This document shows positions 47,095-55,280 of a DNA stretch of 64,000 bases, piece by piece. Each line of letters opens with the position of its first letter. Position 1 is the first letter of the stretch. A program made the position numbers and the translations under genes. The notes under the pieces are model-generated. The model made no database searches, was not told where the DNA came from, and saw only the letters and a program-made list of their open reading frames with translations. The stretch lies in assembly GCA_963696385.1 (NCBI GenBank), contig CAVOKF010000004.1, forward strand, positions 416,001 through 480,000, in the 5' to 3' direction. Source of the stretch: an uncultured delta proteobacterium (GTDB lineage Bacteria > Myxococcota_A > Polyangia > Polyangiales > Polyangiaceae).

Positions 47095-48009
47095 AGGTCG
47101 TCGCGCTTTCCGGTGGCGTCGGGGGAGCGCGCCTGCTCGACGGCATGGCGCGCGCCCTGCCGCCCGGAGCGATGACAGCCGTCGTCAACACGGGAGACGA
47201 TTTCGTGCATCTGGGGCCTGCACGTGTCGCCGGACCTCGACACGGTGATGTACACGCTCGCGGGTCTCGCACACGAAGAGCGCGGCTGGGGGCTGGCGGA
47301 GGAGACGTTCGCCGCCCTGTCCATGGTCAAGCGCTACGGGGGGGCCGACTGGTTCGCGCTGGGTGATCGGGACCTGGCGACGCACCTCATTCGCAGCGAG
47401 GCGCTGCGCGCCGGGGAGTCGCTCTCCGCCATCACCCAGCGCCTACGGCGGGCGCTAGGGATCCCGCACCCGATCTTGCCGATGAGCGACGAGCCCGTGC
47501 GAACGATGATCGAGACCGTGCGCGAAGGGACGCTGCCCTTTCAGGATTGGTTCGTGCGCAGGCGGGCAGAGCCCGCCGTGCGCGCGGTGCACTACGAGGG
47601 CGGACGCACGCCGGCCCCGGGTATCCTCGAGGCCATCGACGCGTGCGACGTCGTGGTCTTCGGACCCTCCAACCCGTACGTCTCGGTCGATCCCATCCTG
47701 TGCCTGGACGGCGTACGCGACGCCGTTCTGCGCAAGCCCGTCGTTGCGCTGAGCCCCATCGTGGGCGGAGCCGCGATCAAGGGCCCGCTGGCGACGATGA
47801 TCCGCGACCTGACCGGACAGGCCGCGTCCGCCGGCGCCGTGGCCCGGCACTACCGCGGGCTGATTCGCGCGATGGTCGTCGAAAGCGGGGACGAGACGAC
47901 CGTCGCGGCGATTCCCGTGCTGGGGACCTCGATCATCATGCGATCCGGTGAGGACCGCATCCGGCTTGCGCGCGAGATCCTCGCGTTCTGCGCCGAGCTC
48001 GTACGATGA
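47091..48009 (+). CDS. cofD: 2-phospho-L-lactate transferase; apparent +1 frameshift in GGGG at 47213-47216
   Basis: [17 protein letters not shown] | [51 protein letters not shown]. Deleting one G restores [15 protein letters not shown]. Confidence 0.93.
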
Positions 48010-48620
48010 AGCGGCCCGCCTGGGCCATCGTCCCCGCGAAATCGCTCGTGCACGGCAAGTCGCGCCTTCGCCCCGTGCTCGGTGACGAGGACCGCGCCCT
48101 ATTCGCTCGGCGCCTCCTCGAGCACACGCTCGACGCGCTCAACGGGTGCGCCCTGGACGGTGTGCTGGTCGCGGCGGGCGATGACGACGTGGCCTCCCTC
48201 GCCACCTCGCGGGGGGCTCGGGTATTGCGGGATCGCGGTGAGGGGTCGCTTGCAGACGTCGTCGACCGCGCCCTCGCCGAAGTCGAGTCACGAGGCGCCG
48301 CGTCGGCGGTCGTGCTGATGGCCGACTTGCCCCTGATCCAAGCCGATGACGTGGCGCGCTTGTTCGCGGCCCTGGTCGACCATGACATCGTCCTCGTGGC
48401 GGACCATGTCGGCCACCATACCAACGCGCTCGGGCTTGCCCCACCGTCCGCCATGCCGACGTCGTTCGGGCGTGCGGACAGCTTCGCGGCCCATCGCGCA
48501 ATGGCGCGTGCGGCGGCGCTGCGTGCCATCGTCATCGAAAGCGAGCGCATTGCCTTCGATGTCGACACGCCCGCCGATCACGAGCAGCTCAAGAGGCCTC
48601 GACGGGCAGCCGGAACTTGA
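48006..48620 (+). CDS. cofC: 2-phospho-L-lactate/PEP guanylyltransferase
   Basis: [31 protein letters not shown] and FDVDTPAD. Confidence 0.93.
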   Translation: MKRPAWAIVPAKSLVHGKSRLRPVLGDEDRALFARRLLEHTLDALNGCALDGVLVAAGDDDVASLATSRGARVLRDRGEGSLADVVDRALAEVESRGAASAVVLMADLPLIQADDVARLFAALVDHDIVLVADHVGHHTNALGLAPPSAMPTSFGRADSFAAHRAMARAAALRAIVIESERIAFDVDTPADHEQLKRPRRAAGT

Positions 48621-49854
48621 AGCGCGGGTCGCGCGCGAGTTGGTCGTAGCTCCCGAAGATCCCTGCGGGATCCTCTACGCCGTCGAGACGGTCGTACTCG
48701 TCCGGACCGGGCTCGCGCGGGAAGGTCCGCAGAACCTCGTATCGCGTGCTCCGCTCGATGGGCATGCGCCCTGCGTCGCGGATGGCGCGCCGGATCGCCG
48801 AGGGCGCTTGCAGCTGACCGTACGTGGCTCCGGCCGCGGTCGAGATGCTCTCGTTGATGAGCGTGCCGCCGAAGTCGTTGGCTCCGCACGACAGGAGCCA
48901 CTGGGCTGCGCGCATTCCGTCCTTCACCCATGAAACCTGCAGGTTCCGGATGGTGACGCCCAGCATCAGCCGGGAGATGGCGTAGAGGCGGATCACGTCG
49001 TCGCCGGTCGGACCTGGGCGCAGATCCGGCAACTGTTGCCGCAGCGTCATCGGCGCCTCTTCGTGGACGAATGAAAGCGGCACGAACTCGGTGAAGCCGC
49101 CGGTCCTGCGCTGGATCGAGCGCAACAGATTCAGGTGCTCCATTCGCTCCAGGTCGGTCTCGACGTGGCCATGCATGATGGTCGAGGTCGTGGGCAGGCC
49201 GAGTGCGTGCGCGGTCGTCACCACGTCGACCCACTCGGCGCTCGTGATGCGGCCGGGTGCAATCCGAGCGCGCACGCGATCGTCGAGCACTTCGGCAGAG
49301 GTGCCCGGCAGCGAGCCGAGGCCGGCTTCCTTCATCTCCTCGAGCACTCGACGCAAGGACCATCCGCTCTGGGTAGCGGCGTACTTCACCTCCTCGGGCG
49401 ACAAGGCGTGCACGTGCAGATCGGGCGCCGCCGCCTTCACCGCTCGGACCAGCGCGACGTAGAAACGAGCGTCGACGCCGGGCGCGAGCCCTGCCTGGAT
49501 GCAGACCTCGGTGGCGCCGAACGACTGCGCCTCGAGCGCGCGTCGCACGATCTCTTCGATGGGCAGGAAGTATCCCTCCTCGCTCCGCCGGGTCCGCGAG
49601 AACGCACAGAAGCGGCACGCCTTGGCGCATACGTTGGTGAAGTTGATATTGCGGTTGACGACATAGCCGACCGCTTCGCCGACTTGCGCTCTGCGGAGGT
49701 GATCGGCCACGGAAACGAGCGCAAGCAGCGCGGGCCCGCGTACTCCGCACAAGAGCAGGGCCTCGTCGACACCGAGCTCGACGCCCTCGAGAGCGCGGTC
49801 GAGAACTTTCCGCACGTCGCCCGATACCGCGCGAAATACCCCATCGAGGCTCAT
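48589..49854 (-). CDS. cofH: FO synthase subunit CofH
   Basis: YVVNRNINFTNVCAKACRFCAF, GATEVCIQAG, SLPGTSAEVL, GGFTEFVPLSFVH, QVSWVK and NDFGGTLINESI. Coupled to cofG. Confidence 0.93.
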   Translation of the reverse strand: MSLDGVFRAVSGDVRKVLDRALEGVELGVDEALLLCGVRGPALLALVSVADHLRRAQVGEAVGYVVNRNINFTNVCAKACRFCAFSRTRRSEEGYFLPIEEIVRRALEAQSFGATEVCIQAGLAPGVDARFYVALVRAVKAAAPDLHVHALSPEEVKYAATQSGWSLRRVLEEMKEAGLGSLPGTSAEVLDDRVRARIAPGRITSAEWVDVVTTAHALGLPTTSTIMHGHVETDLERMEHLNLLRSIQRRTGGFTEFVPLSFVHEEAPMTLRQQLPDLRPGPTGDDVIRLYAISRLMLGVTIRNLQVSWVKDGMRAAQWLLSCGANDFGGTLINESISTAAGATYGQLQAPSAIRRAIRDAGRMPIERSTRYEVLRTFPREPGPDEYDRLDGVEDPAGIFGSYDQLARDPRFKFRLPVEAS

Positions 49855-51008
49855 GACGGACCCGGGTGAGGGGCGAGCCGCGCTTGCACTGCGCGCGTAG
49901 GCGCGACCAGGCGAGGGTCGAGAAAGCCTGGACGATCGACGTAGCGGTCGTAGATGGAGGCGCGGGGAAGCAGCGCGAAGCCGGCGCCGGCACACGCGGC
50001 TCGCAGCGCGTCGAGGTGCGGCCATGGGTGACGCGGGTTGATGTAGTCGGGCGTGACGGGCGATATGCCTCCGAAGTCGTTGAGTCCGGACGCGAGAAGC
50101 CGCTCGGCCGACGCCGGGTTCAGGTTGGGCGGCGCCTGCAACGAAATGTCGCCGTCGAGGATCAGGCGCGCCAGGGCCAGAGTGAGCGTTACCTCGTTGT
50201 CGTCGGGTTCTGGCGCGTGGCTCATGGGCACGCCTGGCACGGCACGAAAGTTCTGCACGATGACCTCTTGCACGTGTCCGTGCCTGCGGTGAGCGTTTCG
50301 GATGGCGAGCAGGCTCTCGACACGCTCGCGCCAGGTCTCGCCAATTCCGACGAGGATGCCGGTGGTGAAGGGGATCCGCAGTCGCCCGGCGCCGTCCATC
50401 ATGGCCAGCCGCTTGTCGGGTCGCTTGTCGGGTGCACGGTGGTGCGGCATCCCCGGCTCGCAGAGGCGAAGGCTCGAGGACTCGAGCATCAAGCCCAAGC
50501 TCACGTTCACTTCCTTGAGGCGCGTCATTTCCGCGTCCGACAGGAGCCCCGCGTTCGTATGCGGCAAGAGCCCGTGGGCCAGGGCCTTCGACCCCGCCCA
50601 AACCAAGTACTCGACCGTGCTGGCCTGGCCCAACGTGGCGAGTGTGCGGCGGTACGCGGAGAACGCCTTCTCCGGCTTGTCGCCGAGGCAGAACAGCGCC
50701 TCCGCGCAGCCACGCTCGCGCCCTACGGCGAGCTGCTGCTCGATTTCGTCGGGCGTCATCGTCCACTCGCCGGGATCGCCCGGCGAGCGGCGGAACGAGC
50801 AATAGTCACAGTGGTTTCGGCACAGGTTGGTGAGCGGCAGAAATACCTTGGGTGAGTAGGTGACGACGCGCCCAAAAAGCGCGTCGCGCACGGCGCAGGC
50901 CGCGGCGCGAATGTCGACGGCGTGGCCGCCAGCCAGCAGGTCGCCGTCGGCGAGTGCGAGTGCCTCGTCATCCGAAAGCGGCGCGGACAGAGAGACGCGT
51001 CGGATCAC
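49851..51008 (-). CDS. cofG: FO synthase subunit CofG
   Basis: VTYSPKVFLPLTNLCRNHCDYCSF, LPHTNAG, SLGLMLE, PFTTGILVGIGE, QEVIVQNF, QAPPNL and GGISPVTPDYINP. Start inferred. Confidence 0.93.
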   Translation of the reverse strand: MIRRVSLSAPLSDDEALALADGDLLAGGHAVDIRAAACAVRDALFGRVVTYSPKVFLPLTNLCRNHCDYCSFRRSPGDPGEWTMTPDEIEQQLAVGRERGCAEALFCLGDKPEKAFSAYRRTLATLGQASTVEYLVWAGSKALAHGLLPHTNAGLLSDAEMTRLKEVNVSLGLMLESSSLRLCEPGMPHHRAPDKRPDKRLAMMDGAGRLRIPFTTGILVGIGETWRERVESLLAIRNAHRRHGHVQEVIVQNFRAVPGVPMSHAPEPDDNEVTLTLALARLILDGDISLQAPPNLNPASAERLLASGLNDFGGISPVTPDYINPRHPWPHLDALRAACAGAGFALLPRASIYDRYVDRPGFLDPRLVAPTRAVQARLAPHPGPS

Positions 51009-51022
51009 GATTGACGTCGCGC

Positions 51023-51427
51023 TCAGCCCATCCCGGCGACGGAAGTCGGCTGGATCTCGTAGATCACGCGCACCTCGCCCGGCTGACCGAAGGGATACTT
51101 GTCTTTGCCCAAGTACTTTTTGGCGAGAAGGTCGATGTTCGCGGCTGCGCCTTCCTCGGTCGCCCGGACAATCGTGCCGCGGACAGCCAGATGCGCGTAG
51201 GGGTTCTCCGGGTCTACGATGGAGAGCGCGACGCGGGCGTTCCGCGTCATGTTGCGGTCTTTGATGCGACCTCGCGCCGTGTTCACGATGAATCGGCCTT
51301 TGTCGTACAGAAACCATACCGGCGTCACCTGCGGCGAGCCGTCGGCCATCACGGTCGCGAGGTGCGCGAGCGCCTTCTTCTCGGTAAGGACGGGCAGAAA
51401 CTTCTCGGGAATCGTCGTGCTTGCCAT
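51023..51427 (-). CDS. PPOX-class F420-dependent oxidoreductase (FDOR-B)
   Basis: AHLATVMADGSPQVTPVWF...NTARGRIKDRNMTRNARVALSIVDPENPY. Confidence 0.9.
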   Translation of the reverse strand: MASTTIPEKFLPVLTEKKALAHLATVMADGSPQVTPVWFLYDKGRFIVNTARGRIKDRNMTRNARVALSIVDPENPYAHLAVRGTIVRATEEGAAANIDLLAKKYLGKDKYPFGQPGEVRVIYEIQPTSVAGMG

Positions 51428-51518
51428 GGGCTTTGCCTCCGCGAGTTTCGACGACGCACTATAGCCCAGAAGAAGCGCGTCGAGCGCGCTCGCTCCGTCG
51501 ACGCCAAGCGCGTGCACA

Positions 51519-51947
51519 CTACGCCTGCCGCACGAGGTGAACGATGGGGATCACCCGCGTCGTCTTCTCCTGGTACTTTCCGAAATCCGGCATCTGCTGG
51601 GCGATGGCCGTCCAAAGCCGATCGCGCTCGGGCCCCTCCACGGTGACCGCGCGCGCTCGCCACTTGTCGGCGCCGAGCTGGACGCCAACCTCGGGATTGG
51701 CGCTCAAGTTCTTGTACCAAGCCGGGTGCTGCGGCGCGCCCGCCATCGACGCGATGACGAAGGTGTCGTCGCCGTCGAAGAACGGCACCACCGGCACGGT
51801 GCGCGGGTGGCCGGACTTGTTCCCGACCGTCGTGAGAAGCAGGATCTTCCTGCCCCGCATCGTGCTGCCGCGGCGGCCGCCGGACGACTGGTAGAGCCAC
51901 ACGTGACCTTTGACGAACAGTTTGAATAGAAGGTTCACGGCGTGCAT
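51519..51947 (-). CDS. Deazaflavin-dependent nitroreductase (Ddn-like, FDOR-A)
   Basis: LLLTTVGNKSGHPRTVP, VIASMAGAPQHPAWYKNLSANP and YQEKTTRVIPIV. Confidence 0.92.
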   Translation of the reverse strand: MHAVNLLFKLFVKGHVWLYQSSGGRRGSTMRGRKILLLTTVGNKSGHPRTVPVVPFFDGDDTFVIASMAGAPQHPAWYKNLSANPEVGVQLGADKWRARAVTVEGPERDRLWTAIAQQMPDFGKYQEKTTRVIPIVHLVRQA

Positions 51948-52269
51948 CCTTGCAGCCCAGCGGCGCGGCGCCAATAGACACGGTCGCCAGCAAGGTCGCG
52001 GAAATGTCGACCGCGCCGGCTGGGGCCGTGCGGACCGCGCCCAAACGCCCATCGATACGGCGCTGCCGGAGCGAAGATGCCGCCGACCCCGCGCACCGCC
52101 TTCAGGCCCTGCGCAGAGGGTCGCCGGGCTGTTACGTCCGCGCGAGACCCGGTTGGCCGCGGCGCCGCGGCGCTCGCAGAACGCCGGTGCGCGGGTCCGT
52201 TCCGATACGCGAACGGGCCAGCGGTCTCATCCACGTGCCCACCCTACCGTACGAGGGCCGCGCCCTCCG

Positions 52270-53466
52270 TCACTGGCCGGGCTGGTGGATACGGATGAGG
52301 CTCTCTTCGGCAGGGACACCGAGCCGCAACGGAAAACCGTAATGACCGGTGCCCTTGTGGACGTACATGCGATCGGTGCCCCGTGCCCAAAAGCCGTGGT
52401 CTGGAATGCGGATGCCGAACAAGCGCAGCATCGTAAACGAGAGTCCGAGGCTCACGAGCCCCACTTGGCCGCCATGCGTGTGGCCCGCGAGCACGAGATC
52501 GCCGGTTCCTTCGGGAAGATGCCGGAACGCGCCCGGGTCGTGGAGCAATACGATCCGAAGGGCCGCGTTTTTGCGCGGATGGGCGGCCGAGACCGCTGCG
52601 AGATGGCCTTGCCGATCCCGCCAGACGAAGTTCATCCCCACGATCTGCACGAGGCCGACCTGAGTCTCGATCTCGGTCGAGGCATCGACGAGGAGCCGAA
52701 TGCCGTTTTCGCGGAGCGCGCGCTCGACTACGGCCGGCGCTTCGTGGTCGTGATTGCCAAGGCACGCGAAGACCCGCCCCTGGAGCGCCTTCAGCGGACG
52801 CAGCGCCTCGAGCAAGAGGTGGGGATCGTGCTGCGACTCCATCGTGAGAAAATCGCCCGTGAGGAACACCAAATCGGGCTGCGCTTCGACGGCTCGCGCG
52901 GCGATCGCGCGCAGTCGCGCCACGCTCATGAAAGGGCCGAGGTGGGGGTCCGTAATCTGCACGATCCTGAGCGGCCGCGCCTGCCGGTGCGTCCCTCGGG
53001 GATGAGGGCGGAGCCTCATCGCCGCTCGCGGGCCGGTCGGCCCGGCGATGACCAGGTCCACGTCCTCGCGTCGCGTCGATAGGGACTGAAACACGCCGAA
53101 TACGGCGAGCGCGTAGGGCAGCCACGGCACCCACGGATGGAGGCGCAAGGCGATGGCGATCGCCCAAGGCAGCGATAACAGCGTACCCCCGACCATGGCG
53201 GCCGAGGGCCAGCTCAGCAGGATCCGGAAGGGCAGGCTGCGCATACGTGGCCGCGACAGAAACACGAAGTTCGCGTATGCGGCGATGTGGAACGCCGTGA
53301 ACACCCAGAGCAGCGGGCCGGCGCGTGGTGCCATCGCCCAGGCGAGCAGCGAATAGGTCCCGCCGAGCACGCTCACGAAAATCGCGAACCTTCGCCCGCG
53401 ACGCACGAGCGCGGCGAGGACGACGATGGCGAAGGCCACGAGCGTGAGCAGCGGAAACCAGACCAT
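52270..53466 (-). CDS. Membrane-anchored metallophosphoesterase (YkuE/YaeI-like)
   Basis: N-terminal TMs; TDPHLG, LTGDF, LGNHD, LLHDP and AGHTHGGQ. Confidence 0.92.
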   Translation of the reverse strand: MVWFPLLTLVAFAIVVLAALVRRGRRFAIFVSVLGGTYSLLAWAMAPRAGPLLWVFTAFHIAAYANFVFLSRPRMRSLPFRILLSWPSAAMVGGTLLSLPWAIAIALRLHPWVPWLPYALAVFGVFQSLSTRREDVDLVIAGPTGPRAAMRLRPHPRGTHRQARPLRIVQITDPHLGPFMSVARLRAIAARAVEAQPDLVFLTGDFLTMESQHDPHLLLEALRPLKALQGRVFACLGNHDHEAPAVVERALRENGIRLLVDASTEIETQVGLVQIVGMNFVWRDRQGHLAAVSAAHPRKNAALRIVLLHDPGAFRHLPEGTGDLVLAGHTHGGQVGLVSLGLSFTMLRLFGIRIPDHGFWARGTDRMYVHKGTGHYGFPLRLGVPAEESLIRIHQPGQ

Positions 53467-53807
53467 GTGCGGTACCTATCCCAGGTTCGTTTGGCCGGAA
53501 GCGCGAAGCTGAGGGGAACGAGCGGCGACGTCGCTCTCGGACCTCGTCCGAAGATAAGCCCGCTGAAGAGCCGCTTCCGGAGCTCCTCTCGCTGACCGTG
53601 CTCGCATCGAGCAGTCATTTCCCACGCACCCGTGTCGAGCGCGAGTGTCTATCGGTCCGCCCATGGCATTTGTCGTCGCGGACCTCGACCCTTCGCGGCC
53701 GCGTGCCTGCCCCCCGCGCTCCTTCACTGGAAATCCCCGGCGCGATGGGCAGACGCACAGATCGGCGAAAGACGACGAAATCCGTCCGGTTCCCGCGACG
53801 ACGCGCC

Positions 53808-55259
53808 TTACTGCAGGTTCGCGACTTGGCTGCCAGCGAGAAGGAAGGCGCCCACGCCGTAGTCGTTGGTATCGGTGGCGGTTGCCGCCGCTGGGCCGCT
53901 TCCTGTCGGCTGAACATATTCCAGCATACCGGTCGAGTTCACGCTGGCGACGAGCCCATTCCACGCCTTCGTGACCACCGGGAGATACGTCGCAGGATCC
54001 AAGATACCGTTCTTGATGCCCCATGCGATGGCAAACGTCATGAGGCCGGTCCCGCTCGTTTCTGGGTTTGGGAATTCGCCCGCGTCGAGCAAGTTGGATC
54101 GCCAGAGACCGTCAGTGCCTTGCAGGGGAGCCACCGCACCGGCCATGTTCGTCAACAGCGTGGTAAGAGTGCCGTACAGGGAATCGGTCTGTGGCAGGTA
54201 CTCCAAAACCCGAACAGCCCCAGCCATCACCCAGCCGTTTCCGCGCGACCAGTACGTGTCCGAATGGACGAAGGTCGAATCCCGCCAAAAAAGCTGGTGC
54301 GCGGGATCGTAAAGCGCACTTTGAGTGGCCATCCATTCCGTGTCGAGAAAAGTGATGTACTTCGCATCGCCGGTGCCGGCGGCCGAGCCGAGGCGTGCGA
54401 CCAGGCCGGGCGCCATGAAGAGCGCGTCGGCCCACCACCAGGTATTCGCGAACGATGGCAGCGGAGTGGCATCTACGGCGCCAAAGCTCGCTTCGCAACT
54501 TGTCACGTCGCTCGCATTGGCCGTAGGATTGAGAAGATACAAATCGGCGTACACCTGCCCGGGGCTCCACGAGTTGTAGTCCGGCGCCGTGGCAGACACG
54601 GTGATCGCGTACTGGTTTCTGTTCGCCCAGGTCGTCGCATCCGTCAAATACTGCGAATCTTGCGTCGCATGGTAGGCCTCCATGACGCCGATGTAAAAGG
54701 TGCCTTCGGTCCACTGATCCGTCCAGGTCGGATTGGACGGCCCCACGCCGACTTGGTAGGTCTCCGCCTTCTTCATGATGGAAAAGATGGCGGTCTGGTC
54801 GAGGGCGCCAGACGAGGAGGCTGAGAAGCCCCCAGACGAGCTCCCGCTCGACGTTCCGAAGGAGGAACCATCAGACGACGAGCTTGCCGAGCTCCCCGAG
54901 GCCCATTGGACGCTGGAGGACGAGGCGCTCCCCAAAGACGACGAGCCACTCAGCGAACTCGGCGACCCAGCGCCGGACGAGGGCGACCCGCTTCCGGAGG
55001 AGGCACCCCAAGACGAGGCGCTGCTCGCGCTCGAAAAGGAGGTGGCCCCGGAAAACGACCCGGCGCTCGTGCCCGAGGAGGACGGCGCTCCACTCGAGCT
55101 CGACGGCGACCCGGCGTTCGACTCGGAGGAGATAGAGTCTTCTCCCGAGGTCGACGTACGAGGCTGACTTTGAGTCGAGTCAGGGCACCCGACCGCAAGG
55201 CTGCCGATCCAAACGCTCGCCAACAACAGGCGGACATCGAGTCGTCGCGAAATAACCAT
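53808..55259 (-). CDS. Glycoside hydrolase family 105/88 lipoprotein (unsaturated uronyl hydrolase)
   Basis: Lipobox LAVGC, Ser-rich linker, WWWADALFMAP, YWSRGNGW, ETSGT and YGVGAFLLAG. Confidence 0.9.
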   Translation of the reverse strand: MVISRRLDVRLLLASVWIGSLAVGCPDSTQSQPRTSTSGEDSISSESNAGSPSSSSGAPSSSGTSAGSFSGATSFSSASSASSWGASSGSGSPSSGAGSPSSLSGSSSLGSASSSSVQWASGSSASSSSDGSSFGTSSGSSSGGFSASSSGALDQTAIFSIMKKAETYQVGVGPSNPTWTDQWTEGTFYIGVMEAYHATQDSQYLTDATTWANRNQYAITVSATAPDYNSWSPGQVYADLYLLNPTANASDVTSCEASFGAVDATPLPSFANTWWWADALFMAPGLVARLGSAAGTGDAKYITFLDTEWMATQSALYDPAHQLFWRDSTFVHSDTYWSRGNGWVMAGAVRVLEYLPQTDSLYGTLTTLLTNMAGAVAPLQGTDGLWRSNLLDAGEFPNPETSGTGLMTFAIAWGIKNGILDPATYLPVVTKAWNGLVASVNSTGMLEYVQPTGSGPAAATATDTNDYGVGAFLLAGSQVANLQ

Positions 55260-55280
55260 GGGCCGTCCCGGATGTGCGCT

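Noticed and set aside
14470..47225. Programmed frameshifting at the three split genes
   Set aside because: No shared slippery heptamer or stimulatory structure seen. All three are single extra bases, consistent with sequencing indels.
48589..49854. MqnC/MqnE menaquinone enzyme
   Set aside because: Coupling to cofG and the FVPLSFVH/QVSWVK motifs favour CofH.
48589..50802. Fused FbiC, suggested by the 737-aa ORF
   Set aside because: The extension upstream of 49854 is an off-frame shadow of cofG. cofG and cofH are separate genes with an ATGA overlap.
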